64,000 nucleotides of DNA from Octopus sinensis (GCF_006345805.1 NC_043009.1:16864001-16928000); one strand, 5' to 3'. Shown: positions 10,781 through 23,679, numbered from the stretch's first letter. Numbers and translations: made by a program. Notes: generated by a model not told the origin, from the sequence alone.

Positions 10781-12004
10781 GTGCGTGTGTGTGTGATGCT
10801 AAAAATAATCCAGATCACATGATATGAAGCATCACAGAGATATGCCATATATTTCCTGTGAGTGTTGTAAGTCTTTTGAAGCCACTTGGATTTGTGAATC
10901 TCTTGTGTTTGGATAACCCACTGTTTAACTGACAAAATTTTAACGGCCCACATTTCCATTTGCAATTTTTTGCTCAAACATGGAAAAATCACCATATTTT
11001 TGAAAAGAATGATTAAAGAACAGCAGTTATGTAACCACTATCATTAGGTTATGGCTGGTTCAGCTATAAGAAGCTGTGCTCTCTGAGCTGAGTGCTTGTG
11101 CAACATCTTGTACCTCGTGAAGAAGCTGCGTGTGTATACTTATCTGTGAAATATGTATGCATGTATAGATAGAGAAATGTATGTAAGTCTTCAGTAAGAC
11201 TGATGGTTTTCACTTTTCAATGAGACATCCATCCACTCAGAGCAACAGTGCTCTGTGATAACAAAACTAGGATAAATGGGTAAACAAAGTATGTTTGTAG
11301 AAACAGAATGATTGTGGGGGAAAGAAAGTAAAACACACGGGCAGTGGTGAGAGAAAGTGATGTATGCCAGTAAAGAGCTTTTTTTATTTTATTACATATA
11401 TAACACGTATGTATATGACACATGTATAACATAAAACCACATTAAAATACAAACCCCCAAACCAAAGAAAATGCAAGCATGAGTGAAGAAAGAAAATAAT
11501 GGAAAACAAAAAGAGGAAGAAAGAAAGTAAAAACATCAATTCAGCACCAAAATTGGTCTCACACCACAAGGCTCAATGGAACCTACTGAAGCAAGCCAGC
11601 ACACTTGCAGTATTACCACAGGTGATGACAAGGCTAAGGTGTTGGAATAGCCAAGCACCTTCATAGGCATCACCTGACACCTTGGTAAGGCAAGCCGCCA
11701 ACAATGACAAGAACTTTGCTGTTAGCGGCCCAGCCACTCCAAATGTCTAAAACACTATCTGATACGTAAGGATTTTGTTCCGTTTGGCTATGGAGGCAGT
11801 GACTCTCGTTATCTGAGGGGAGAAGTGGTGATGACTGGCAATACAGATCTGATACGATCCTTTACACACAAGCCCCATGATGAGCAAGAGAGGTTGCATG
11901 GCAAAAGTAGGAAGGATATAGATAAGGCATAAAACTAGTGTGATTCCTTGTTGCATAGGAGACATTTTATAGTGAACAGGAAATGGTAAATGATATATCA
12001 GCAT

Positions 12005-12405
12005 TGTTCTAACATCCACTTTTCAATGCTCGTATACTTTGAATGGGATTTGTTGAGGCAGATTATCTCCGGCTGGAAACCCTCCCAGTCACCAACACTC
12101 ACCTGTTTCTGAGTAAGGTAATATTTCCTCGTGATCAAACTTGTTTCCACAAAAGATTAGAAGTGAAGCACACCATTTGCATGATGGTGTCATTCATTTA
12201 CAACTGTCACACAGTGCCAAGGCAAGAAGACAGTAACACACACACACTCTCACACGATAGGCTTCTTTCAGTTTCTGTCTATCAAATCCACTTACCAAAG
12301 TTTGGCAAATCTGGAGCTATAGTAGAAGACACTGGTCCATACTGTGGGACTGAACCTGGAACCACATGGCTGAAAAGCAAACTTCTTACCACACAGCCAT
12401 GCCTC
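12005..12405 (-). mobile_element. SINE family A head + (CA)n + alternative tail
   Basis: Head at 12260-12405 matches 12615-12772. The sequence beyond the microsatellite differs and ends in an RTE-like terminus near 12005. Confidence 0.7.
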
Positions 12406-12614
12406 TGTGCGTGTGTGTGTGTGTGTGTAAACATATAAAGGAGAGAAAGAAAAGAAACAGGAAAATTATTTAGTATTTGCAGTTATTTGTATATCTTAAT
12501 GAAATATTTTACTCAGTGAAGAGGAAGTTGAAGAAGTTTAAAGATGAGGAAAATGGAATGAAAGTATTTTTAAGTCGAATATGTAGATTAGAAAGGATTT
12601 AAACATTAAAATAT

Positions 12615-13055
12615 GGCGTAGGAGTGGCTGTGTGGTAAGTAGCTTGTTTACCAACCACATGGTTCTGGGTTCAGTCCCACTGCGTGGCACCTTGGGCAAG
12701 TGTCTTCTACTATAGCCTCGGGCCGACCAAAGCCTTGTGAGTGGATTTGGTAGACGGAAACTGAAAGAAGCCACCCGTATATATGTATACATATATATAT
12801 ATATATATATATATATGTGCGTGTGTGTATTTGTGTGTCTGTGTTTGTCCCCCTAGCATTGCTTGACAACTGATGCTGGTGTGTTTATGTCCCCGTTACT
12901 TAGCGGTTCGGCAAAAGGGACCGATAGAATAAGTACTGGGCTTACAAAAGAATAAGTCCCAGGGTCGAGTTGCTCGACTAAAGGTGGTGCTCCAGCATGG
13001 CCGCAGTCAAATGACTGAAACAAGTAAAAGAGTAAAAGAGTAAAGAGTAAAAGAG
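12615..13055 (+). mobile_element. Full-length tRNA-derived SINE (family A)
   Basis: A-box TGGCTGTGTGG (12625-12635), B-box GGTTCAGTCCC (12668-12678), internal (TA)n(TG)n, 3' hairpin CAGTC-aaat-GACTG and (GAGTAAAA)n tail. Confidence 0.9.
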
Positions 13056-13482
13056 ATATTCTACATAAGGGTTAAAATCCTTCAGTTTATTGACATTGAC
13101 ATTTGAAGAAATTTCTAAATTGGAATGGTTGTGGCAACTAACAAACTAACAACACTCTGCAATGACTATAGGTTGGCTGGAATCTTGGCAAACCTAAATA
13201 TTTGTGTAATTCAATCTGATTGGTTAGCTCTTTTAATAAACTTATACCTGAAACATTTTAAAGTGTGTCAGTCTACATGTGTTCCAGTTATGTAAAGATT
13301 ATGCTCTTTTAATAATTATTTAATATTTTAGGTATTACAAAACAAATATAACTTTCTTGAAGGGAATGTGATCTATATTGACCGTAAAAACAAATTCCTG
13401 TTAGCTGATATTTTTGTTTGTGTGGTGTATGAGTGTTTTGTTTTTCTTAAATGGTTGATTTTCCTCCTTTTTCTCATTTTAG

Positions 13483-13726
13483 GTTCTTATACCGAGTCTT
13501 TCAGTGGACGTTTTGGCCTAATGATGTGATGAGTATGACGAAAAAGATAAAACTTCGAAACCAAGAAATGACATCAGAAGATAGTTTAGATATGACAGAA
13601 ACCACTCCACAGACCGGTTTCAAGCGGAATATCCGGATTTGGACAACAAATACTACGGAACCACACCAAGTATATCGGCGTCAGACAAGCAGTGACCACA
13701 TATCACAAACATCGATTTTTAGCTGA
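13483..13726 (+). CDS. ATP10: ATP10-class P4-ATPase terminal coding exon
   Basis: ctcattttag|G completes AGG(R) in frame with the previous exon. RFLYRVFQ matches ATP10 PRF(L/V)YRVLQ. Stop TGA at 13724-13726. Confidence 0.88.
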
Positions 13727-14454
13727 CATCTTCATGTTTATGTTTTCTGTAGAGTTGTTCATTTTTTTTTTTTATACGTTCATACTCAATGGTTAGGCCG
13801 GACGTAAAGAGAAGAGGAGTGAGATTGATTGTGTGTGTGTATATGAATGCTGACCTCTTCTTTTGTAGAGGCATTCAAATTCTTTTACAACCTTTCATTT
13901 CATGAAACTTTTACCTTCAGTATAATTTTTATAAGTCCAATGTCCTGAAGAATCACAGAGAAGTGAAAGACGATGTAAAAGGTTTTGAAATATACACACA
14001 AACACACATAATGGTATAATTATTGCAACAGAAAATGCATGAACAATTTTAAGGGTCAAAATATTGACCCCACCCTCAGTAAAATATTTTTACATATCAT
14101 GACTTGGTTACTGCAATTAATGTCATCTACATCAACAATGCTGTGACAAGAAAAGACAATTTCCTTTTTCTGTGTTGTTATTACTCAGAGAGTCAATGAC
14201 AACGCCACTGTCCAAATGTTTACAATGTTCTGTGTACAATTTTATGAACTTTAAATAAGCTGAGTCTTTCCTTTAAATGTCATGTCTGCTTTGAAAATTG
14301 TCTGGAACCAAGTGACATCATGAGGAAATTGTCTTTTTCTTCTTTTTTTTTTTTTCTGAATGTGAATGGGTGAGTGGGTGATTATTAGATATACTAAGTG
14401 ACTGTAAATGTTTTTTGATGTGTTTTATTTTTTTATTTCCAATGTGAATCTTTA

Positions 14455-14460
14455 AATAAA
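14455..14460 (+). terminator. Candidate poly(A) signal of the ATP10 gene
   Basis: AATAAA about 730 nt after the stop, followed by T-rich sequence. Confidence 0.55.
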
Positions 14461-15219
14461 ACAATTATTTTTGTAACTCATTACATTTTTAAAAGACAAA
14501 AAATATTAAAGCATAAAAAAAACAAAAAAAAAACTAACAACGTCCAAAATTTTTCTCTTCTTGAAATTAGCATCAAACTCATAAGTATATATTAAGCGTA
14601 AGATTATAAATCAGGCCTGATTGGGGTACAACTGGAAACCAAGGAAATTTAAACATTTAAATTCAAATATATATTCACATGAGTGTATATATATATATAC
14701 ACACATGTGACAGATCTTCATCTGTGTGATTCTACTCACAAAGCGCTGGCTGGAAACTTTGCCCAAGTGTGTTACAGTAGATTTAATGAATATGGGAGGC
14801 AGACCCTACACACCAAAGTTTCATCCCACCATAATCTTGATATGGTACTGTGCCTATACTTGTAACCCCTGAAGGAAGTACATAGAGTTTGTAAATCTCC
14901 ACTTTGACATAGGTAATTATATTTTGTGGATATCATCCATGTATCCTGTCACACTTTTTAGGTGGTGGGATTGCTCTGATATTTGCCTGTAAACTGTTGA
15001 AGCAAATATTCTTTTGTTGGATGGATGCCCTAATCCTAATTACTCAATTCACTGCCATTGATAGGGTTTCAACTACTTGAGTGGTCAGTCACTGAACTAA
15101 CTTTTTTTTCATTTTCTTTTTGACCAAGTTAGAAGCAGATGTCATACAGTAAAGAAATCAGTGCATGTTGAAGCCAATGTACCACATACACATACATGTG
15201 TATATATATATATATATAT

Positions 15220-15509
15220 GGAGGTGCAATGGCCCAGTGGTTAGGGCAGCGAACTCGCGGTTGTAGAATCGCGGTTTCGATTCCCAGACCGGGCGTTGTG
15301 AGTGTTTATTGAGCGAAAACACCTAAAGCTCCATGAGGCTCCGGCAGGGGATGGTGGCGATCTCTGCTGTACTCTTTCACCACAACTTTCTCTCACTCGG
15401 CCTGCTTGCTTAGCCAGCAGGGTGGCATCATTTGAAGGCTAAAACAATGTGAAGCGCATTGTGACCAGCGATGTGTAGCAACATCTGATAGCCTGGTCGG
15501 TCACGGTGA
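15220..15509 (+). mobile_element. tRNA-derived SINE (family C) inserted in a (TA)n tract
   Basis: A-box TGGCCCAGTGG (15230-15240), B-box GGTTTCGATTCCC (15273-15285). (TA)n on both flanks; many CpGs retained. Confidence 0.85.
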
Positions 15510-17009
15510 TATATATATATATAAGCATTACTTATGAGGAGGCAGTGCTAAGCAGTGATGTGTATAAATACAAGCTTATTACCAGTAAAAATATGTTTGG
15601 GGCATATTCAAACCTGTAAGAAAGCCAGTCTAAGTAAGTGGTGCTGTGAGCTGATTTTGGTATATTTAAACCATTTGTCTACGGCAAGAATTTTCTCCAT
15701 GACAAAATACATTGAATGGCTTTCTTATGGGTTTGAATATCTCCCAAGCATTTTTGAACTGGAAATAACCTTGTATAAGCATTAATATGTGTTAATTTGT
15801 ATATGTTTTGATATGATATACGTGAGCATGCTAGTGCCCCCTCCTCAAATCATCTGACACCTTCCTTGGATTTAAGTCTAACATGTATCATATTATATGA
15901 AGGGACCACTACACACAGTCAAATAAACTCATTATAGACGTTTTGCTCCTGTTTTATCAAACATATATACACCATCTTTTACGTATCCACCAACTACATA
16001 GATTCTAAGTTTATAATGGAAACAACTGATGAGGAAAAAGAATGTTTATTGTAAAACTGCAGCCAAATTTGGTCATGGGGATAATATTCCATTCACACTG
16101 AACTATTGAAAATCATCCATCAGGAGTGTGTATGTGCACACATACACACACAATATTAGCCACAAAAGCAGTAAAAATAGTGAATGACAATTTTTATATC
16201 CTACTTAATGTGAATGTATTGGTAGAACACCCTAATGCTGCAGTATTTGCCCTGATAAACCTTCTCGTATAGACATTTAAAGCTTCTTAGCACTAGACAT
16301 CAGTATGAGATTTCTCAAGATTATGGCATTCTAACTGTACATCCATGTGAAGTAGGGTCCATACATACACACACAAAAGACAAATGGATGCTTCCAGGTA
16401 TCTGTTTACCTTATTTACACCCTCGCTTTCTCATGGAAAATACTATTTTCTTTTAACCAATGAAACTCTAATATAACTTTGTAAATCTCCACTCCCCCTC
16501 CCCTCAGCATTTTTTTTCTTCTTCAAAATTTTAGAGTTTGTCAGTTCTTCATTTCTAACAAGTGACAGAAAATAGATAAATAAATAAAAGAGCATTGGTA
16601 TGAATTGAACTCAAACCACCTAATTTCTACCACCAATAACAACCACCCGCACGTCCTATATGACATTAAATCAAAGAGCTTGGGGTAGATTATGGGAGCA
16701 GTTTGCTAGAGATAAAAAAAAAAATAGTAATACCGGAAACAGAATAGCAGTGGTGTGCACGCAGTAATGGAACAATTCACTTCTGATTAAAATAAGATAA
16801 TTGGACCATCCTTTCATTACTGATAGCAACCATGCAGGGTTTTTAGTTGATTATATTGACCCTAGTAATTTGTTTAGTACTTGTTTTATTGTTCTCGTTA
16901 GAAACAAGAGCCAAGTCATTCTTTTCATCAAGGGACTTGTTCACCACATACACTAATATAAACATATATATGCGTGTATATATATTTACTCACACATGAT
17001 GAGTTTCCA

Positions 17010-17120
17010 TGTACACAGTGATGGTTGAAAACTTTCCCTGAATGCCATTGTGGATGTGTGCTGGAGCATTGTCCTCATGAAACAAGATCCCTTTCATCAG
17101 TTTTCCTGGGTGTTTGGGTG
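17010..17120 (-). mobile_element. Mariner transposase fragment
   Basis: Minus strand reads PGKLMKGILFHEDNAPAH (second catalytic D motif). Confidence 0.6.
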
Positions 17121-17424
17121 GTTATATCTACACACAATTTTTTTTAAAGAGTACACTATGTTCATGAATAGTGTCAAAATAAACATACATGCCCATAGGC
17201 ATAGAAACAAAATTATTTAAACATTTTTAAATACTTATAGATTTGTGCTCTAGCTAAGAAATTATTTTTTTATTCTTTTACCAAAGTTATACACATTGTG
17301 GTTTACAAAATGGACAAGTCTATCTGAGACTTAGCTTTTGTTTGTTCTTCTTACAACCTAGCCATGTTACTGTTTAACACTAGGTCAGCCCTGCTGGAAA
17401 CAGTAATTCCAGCTATGATCACTT

Positions 17425-17745
17425 TATCTTTTACTTGTTTCACTCATTTTACTGTGGCCATGCTGGGGCACCATCTTGAAGGATTTTTAGTCAAACAAAT
17501 CGACCCTAGAACTTATTCTATTAGTCCTTTTGTCAAAATGCTAGATTACAAGGACTTTAGCACACATATAAGCGGTGGTGGAGGACAAACAGATGCAAGG
17601 ACATGGACACACACACACATATATACCCTCATCCATACCAGGCCTCTTTCAGTTTCTGTCTACCCAATACTCTCACAAGGCTTTGGTCAGTCGGTCTGGA
17701 ATCATCTCATTGGGAACCAAGTTTCTTATCCCACAGTCACCCCTG
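17425..17745 (-). mobile_element. SINE family A copy
   Basis: Reverse complement aligns with the head and tail of 12615-13055. Confidence 0.75.
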
Positions 17746-18052
17746 TACTCACATCTTTTTCCTAGATACAGTGTGTCAAAGAACACATCCAGTTAGTCAC
17801 TCTTTTGAGATGTTTACTTTTGTTTCTAGCTGCTCAGCCGACCATAAAGAGGCTTCTTCATTGGCTTATTTAACCTAGCGATGTTGAGTGGAGAATTTTT
17901 TTGCTCATAACTGACCTACTCAAGTACTCGGGAAAAATGGATATTTTAAAATGTTTTAACCCATCGATTAGCTACATTTCTCATACAGAAACTGTTAAAA
18001 ACATCAATTTCATTGGTCAATGCTATTTCAGTTTTATGATAATATTTGGTTT

Positions 18053-18268
18053 AAGGCAGCAAGCTGACAGAATTGTTACCATGATGGGCAAAATGCTTAG
18101 CAGCATTTCGTCTGTCTTTACATTCTGAGTTCAAATGCTGCCAAGGTCAACTTTGCCTTTCGTCCTTTTGGTGTCGATAAAATAAGCACCAGTTGAGCTC
18201 TGGGGCTGATGTAATTGACTTAGCCCCACTTTTGAACTTGTTGGCCTTGTGCCAAAATTTGAAATCAA
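18053..18268 (+). mobile_element. SINE family B
   Basis: ggcagcaagctgacagaa...ttctgagttcaaat...ctttgcctttcgtccttttggtgtcgataaaataagcaccag. Confidence 0.8.
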
Positions 18269-18778
18269 TTCACTTAATTTCTTGAGCAAAATAAAAAAAA
18301 AATATACAACCCTTTGCATTGTAGATCTAAAAGATATTCTAAGAAATTAACATCAAGCTCACTATGCAACTTCGTTTTAGAAAAGAAAACACATTCGTAT
18401 GGAATTGATTTGTTATTGTCTAACATTGTTATACTCAACTGCCATAACTGTATCTTCTGTGTCGATATCATTGTCAGATGATGTGAATAATTTCAATTCT
18501 CATCTTTTTCAACATTTTTTTTTTTCATAAAAATGTTTATTTTTTTTATTTCACAATTTAAAACATTGTATACATATTTTTATTGTAAATGAAGTAATTT
18601 ATATAAAGTGAAATTATTAAAAATTGCTATTTAAAGATAAAACATCTGAAAGTTGTTTTTGTTTTTCTTCTTCATTAAACTTTTCCGAAATAATCGTTGA
18701 CTTCTCTTCTTTGCAAAGTTTTCTTCATACATGAGTCACTAATGCAAAGCATGAACATCATAAACTCTCATAAAACTA

Positions 18779-19045
18779 TTGGGTTGGCAACTAAGTTCCC
18801 GCCGTTTTTTTAATTTTTGGAATCTATTTTTTTTTTTTGAGAATTCTAATTTTGAATCATTTTGGAACCTATTTTGTTTTTTTTCTAGTTAATTTTAGTT
18901 AAATTTGTTTATTTTCAGAACATTAAAATGGAATGTCAAGATCAGAAAAATGAGCATTTTTGATGCCTTCTTTTTGCTCGCGACATTTGTGCAGTGTATG
19001 GAGAGGGTGCCGTAGCTGAAAGAACCACTCGTGATTGGTATGCCA
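18779..19045 (+). mobile_element. Mariner 5' end with internal deletions
   Basis: TA + TIR ttgggttggcaactaagtt. Start MECQDQKNEHF... followed by ARDICAVYGEGAVAERTTRDWYA. Confidence 0.75.
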
Positions 19046-19151
19046 TCAGACATCTCAGTCCATTAGTCTGTGAGGCTCAGCATCCTGAGATCGGTCCTCA
19101 TTAATTTATCTTGTGTCTTCCTCTGCCACAGGTGCCACCTTCTTCAATATG

Positions 19152-19372
19152 TATTTCTTTACTGCCCACAAGGGGCTAAACATAGAGGGGACAAACAAGG
19201 ACAGACGAAGGGATTGAGTTGGTTATATCGCCCCCAGTGCGAAACTGGTACTTTATTTATCGACCCCGAAAAGATGAAAGGCAAAGTTGACCTCGGCGGA
19301 ATTTGAACTCAGAACGTAACGACAGACGAAATACCACTAAGCATTTCACCCGGCGCGCTAACGTGTCTGCCA
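19152..19372 (-). mobile_element. SINE family B, well preserved
   Basis: CpG-rich copy. On the minus strand it shows a tRNA-like head, a central gcctttcatcttttcggggtcgataaataaagtaccag block and the tail. Confidence 0.88.
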
Positions 19373-19394
19373 GGACTTCATTCATACACATTGC

Positions 19395-20460
19395 ATGTCC
19401 AAACCAATGCAGTCTTCTCTCTTTGCATGCTGCACAATTTTTCTCTTAGCACATTTGCATTTTGTCATACATGTACATCGATGCAGTATATCTGCTGGAG
19501 CATACTAGCTTCATTCCTCTCTAGTCTATGCATGCCTTCTGCAGTCAGAGCGCACATCTTTCTACCATGGAGTATAGCCATTCCTACACAAGTCCTTTTG
19601 TTGCTAACAGAGGTAACAGCTCTTTGAACTGCCGCCATCCTGTTCTTATTCCAGCAACAATACTTTCAGAACATCCTCCTCCATTGCTAATTTGGTCACC
19701 TAGGTAACAAAAACAATCTACAAACTCAAGAGAGCCTCCTGGGTATTTAAGAGTCTAATTCCCATGTGTCCTTAGTGCATATTGTTCCTGCACATCTGCC
19801 ATATATGAGGACAACTTTTTTTGTTAATCTACCTGTGATTCCACTGCACCTCTGATATGTCCATAGCTTAAATTGGTTGCAGCAAATGGAAATACTTCCA
19901 ACTCCTTTCCTATGTACTGTGCAGAAAGAGAGTCTTATCTACTTTCTTGCTAACAGCAACTTTGGTCTTCGCCAAGTTAACTTAAGGCCCTTTGATTCCA
20001 GATTTTGCTTCTATACCTGGAATTTCTTCTCCAGTTCTGCAACATCTGTGAGGTCATCAGCACAGTCTGGAGGACTGTGACGAATGAGTGAACTGAGAAC
20101 TGAGCCTGGTGAACTCATTACTTGTATGCTAAATTTATCACTGACAGCACCACTGTACATGGCTTATACAGCTCTAACAAGCTACTCATCTACTCTTAAG
20201 TTCCTTAGAGACCACCAAACAACAGAGCAAGGGACTCTATCAAAAGCTTTCTCCAGATTGACTAAATCCATGTACAATGGCTTGCTTTTGGCCAAATGCT
20301 TCTGCTGCTGTCTCACTTGGAAGATGGCATTGGCAGTACGCTTCCTGCATCTCATCTAATTCAATTCTATTCCTAATCAACTGAGCCATAATTCTTTCTG
20401 TATATATACGTTGGAGGTTTCTATGGGACAACCTGCTGAGAGCCACTGACCAGATCTGTG
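19395..20460 (-). mobile_element. RTE-clade LINE fragment, degenerate RT and C-terminal region
   Basis: Reverse complement is homologous to 21150-22200 (QFG.., LEKAFD.., YADD..) with several short deletions. Confidence 0.85.
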
Positions 20461-20481
20461 GATGATGCAAAGTCCCCTCTC

Positions 20482-23269
20482 AACCCAAGTGGTGGCACAA
20501 TGTTGTTGACAGGGCTATTAGACAAAAGAAACAGGCTTGGAACGTCTGGAAGAACGGTGGTGGCAGGGAAGTGTATCAGACTGCCAGAAGGGAAGCTAGG
20601 AGACAGGTCTATCTAGCCAGAGGGGAGGCAGATAAGGAAAAATTTGCCAATGTTCTGCACTGTGAGGACCAAAGACTTGAGGTATTTCATGTTGCAAGAC
20701 AGTGTGTGAGAGAATCGTGATGTTGTAGGAGAGAAATGTGTCCACATGGATGATGGGTCGCTTGAACTAAATGAGGCTGCAAAGAGAGAAGTTTGGAGAC
20801 GCCACTATGAAAGGCTACTCAATAAAGAATGAATGGGAGAAAGAGAGTCTGCCGAATGTCAACCCAACAGAGGGACCAGCTATCCGAATTGACAGTACCT
20901 TGGTAGATAAAGCAATTAAGAATATGAAGACAGGGAAAGCCCATCAGGAATCATTGCAGAGATGCTCAAAATATCCAGTGGTATTGGCTATAGCATTGTC
21001 ACCTGTATAGTTAATCAAGTGATACATGAAGGAGTCATACCCAATGACTGGTGTAGCAGCACCATAGTCAACTGCTACAAAGGTAAAGGTGACGCCCTAA
21101 ATACAAATAATTGCAGAGGTATCAAGTTGCTGGATCAAGTAATGAAGGTCATGGAGAGGGTCATAGCCTAACTAATTAGGGACAGTCAGTCTAGCTGAGA
21201 TGCAGTTTGGGTTTGTGTCAGGGAAAAGCACCTCTGATGCTACATTTCTGGTAAGACAGCTGCAGGAGAAATACTTTGCCAAGGATAAACCTCTGTACCT
21301 GGCTTTATTTGACATGGAGAAAGCCTTTGACAGGGTCCCCCGATCCCTTATCTGGTGGTCAATGAGGAGACTAGGGATAGATGAATGGTTAGTGAGAGAT
21401 GTGCAAGCCATGTACAGGGACGCTGTCACTAAGGTGAGGGTTGGCAACGGGTACAGTGAAGAATTCCGAGTAAAGGTAGGGCTCCACCAAGGTTCAGTCC
21501 TCAGCCCCTTCCTATTTATCATAGTCCTCCAGGCAATAAGAGGAATTCAAGACAGGATGCCCCTGGGAGCTCCTCTATGCTGATGACCTTGCTCTAATTC
21601 CTGAGTCACTCTCAGAGAAGTTTCAGATGTGGAAGCAAGGATTAGAATCGAAGGGCCTTAGAGTCAACCTAGCTAAAACCAAAGTCCTAAGTAGGAAGGC
21701 AGACAAACCACAAATCCCATCTGTTAAGATGGCCCTGCTCGATCTGTAGAAAATGCATAGGTAGAAAATCCATAAGATGTACCCAGTGTAAGCTATATCA
21801 AAGGAAGGCTAACTAGGAAGATAGTTTTTGTATGTGGCAAATGCTCTGGAGCAATAAACACTGAAAATGTGCAGAGAACAACTTCTGCCACATTCCAGGG
21901 AGAAAAACTAGTAGTTGATAGCTTCCATTACCTAGATGACCAAGTGAGTTGCGGGGGTGGGTGCTCTGAAAGTTTAGCTGCTAGAATAAGAATAGCCTGC
22001 TGGTGACAAAGGGCCTCTCGCTCAGAGTTAAAGGTAGACATTATGACGCATGTGTACGAACAACCATGCTACATGGCAGTTAAACCTGGGCTGTGACTGC
22101 TGAGGATATGTATAAGCTTGCAAGGAATGAAGCCAGTATGTTCCGATGGATGGGTAATGTCAGTGTGCATACTTGACAGAGTGTAAGTGCTTTGAGAGAA
22201 GAGTTGGACCTAAGAAGCATCAGATGTGGTGTGCAAGAGAGACGACTGGGCTAGTATGGTCATGTGTTGAGAATGGATGAGGATAGCTGTGTGAAAGTGT
22301 CCCACCCTAGTGGTTGAGGGAACCTGTGGAAGAGGTAAACCCAGAAAGACCTGGGATGAAGTGGTGAAGCATGACCATTGAACATTAGGCCTCACTGAGG
22401 CTAGTGACCGAGACCTTTGTAAATAAGCTGTGCTTGAGAAGACCCGGCAAGCCAAGTGAAACCATAATCTTTGGCCTATGCCAGTGTCCCTTCTTATCAT
22501 ATCATCATCATTGTTTAACGTCCGCTTTCCATGCTGGCATGGGTTGGACGATCTGACTGAGGATTGGCGAGCCAGATGGCTGCACAAGACTCCAATCTTG
22601 ATCTGGCAGAGTTTCTACAGCTGGATGACCTTCCTAACGCCAACCACTCTGAGAGTATAGAGGGTGCTTTTATGTGCCACAGGCACAAGAGCCAATCAGG
22701 CAGTACTGGCAACGACAACGCTCAATGCTAAACAGTAAAAAAGGAGCATAATAAACAGTAAAACCAGCCCACTTGTGCATATCTTTCCTTCATTGGACAC
22801 TGTCGAGGCAAGTGAAATTGAAATCAAATTCGATGACAGCACTGCATGATTGGTATCTATGCTAGTGGAGCGCTAAGAGCACCATCCAAGCATGCTCATT
22901 GCCAGGGTTGCTGACTGGCTCCCATGCCAGTGGCACGTAAAAAGCACCATTCGAGTGTGATCGTTACCAGTGTTGCCTTACTGGCACGTGAAAAACAATA
23001 TTCGAGCGAGGTTGTTGCCAGTGTCGCTGGACTGGCTGCTGTGCAGGTGGCATGTAAAAAGCATCTTTTGAGCGTTGTCGTTGCCAGTGGCACATAAAAG
23101 CACCCTCTATACTCTCAGAGTGGTCGGCGTTAGGAAGGACATCCAGCTGTAGAAACTCTGCCAGATCAAGATTGGAGTCTTGTGCAGCCATCTGGCTCGC
23201 CAATCCTCAGTCAGATCGTCCAACCCATGCCAGCATGGAAAGCGGACGTTAAACAATGATGATGATATG
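20482..23269 (+). mobile_element. 5'-truncated RTE-clade LINE with 3'UTR VNTR and (GAT)n end, interrupted at 22488-22763
   Basis: ORF pieces MQFGFVSGKSTSDATFLVRQLQEKY..FDMEKAFDRVPR..LHQGSVLSP and YADDL, with frameshifts and stops. Ends in aaacaatgatgatgat. Confidence 0.92.
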
Positions 23270-23679
23270 TGATGGATGAGCAAAAACAAGAAAAAATACA
23301 AGAGGGACAAGTTTTCACAAAAGTGTTATTAGTCTCATACTTGAAAAGAAAAAGGAAATGAGAAAAACAGAAATGGTTAGCATAAAGATGGGATGAAGGC
23401 AGAAAGGATGTGTGTGTCTCCTTATCTTGGCATATCATGTGATAGTTGCAAATGAGTGTCACCATAAAACAAGCAGATGAAGTATTGTTTATGTTTGAAA
23501 ACAGTTGACTACTGGCAATAGGAAGGGCATCCAATTGTAGAAAGTTTGCCTGTAACAAGTGTACATTAAAACGATGATGAAGACGACCATGATAGCTATT
23601 AAAAGAATGTTCCATATTTTGGGAACCAGTTATATAGCATTGCATGTTAATTTGGTAATATGTAGTAATAGTAACGTAG

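Noticed and set aside
12615-12690. tRNA genes at SINE heads (also 15220, 35675, 45863)
   Set aside because: A and B boxes are present, but there is no complete cloverleaf or terminator and each continues into a repeat body.
18330-18760. Possible coding remnant on the minus strand (acidic peptide)
   Set aside because: Short and stop-interrupted, with no recognisable motif or splice pair.
20771-21583. ORF-track peptides in the RTE copies (also 40120-40944, 48865-49110, 54115-54471) as host genes
   Set aside because: Fragmented by stops and frameshifts, multi-copy, with RT motifs.
21580-21586. CTGATGA as a hammerhead core (also the minus strand near 20055)
   Set aside because: These are the codons of the RT YADD motif. 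No stem II or GAAA follows.
22890-23090. CRISPR-like array in the 66-bp tandem units
   Set aside because: Eukaryotic DNA. The units are degenerate along their whole length with no unique spacers or cas genes, and they belong to the RTE 3'UTR.
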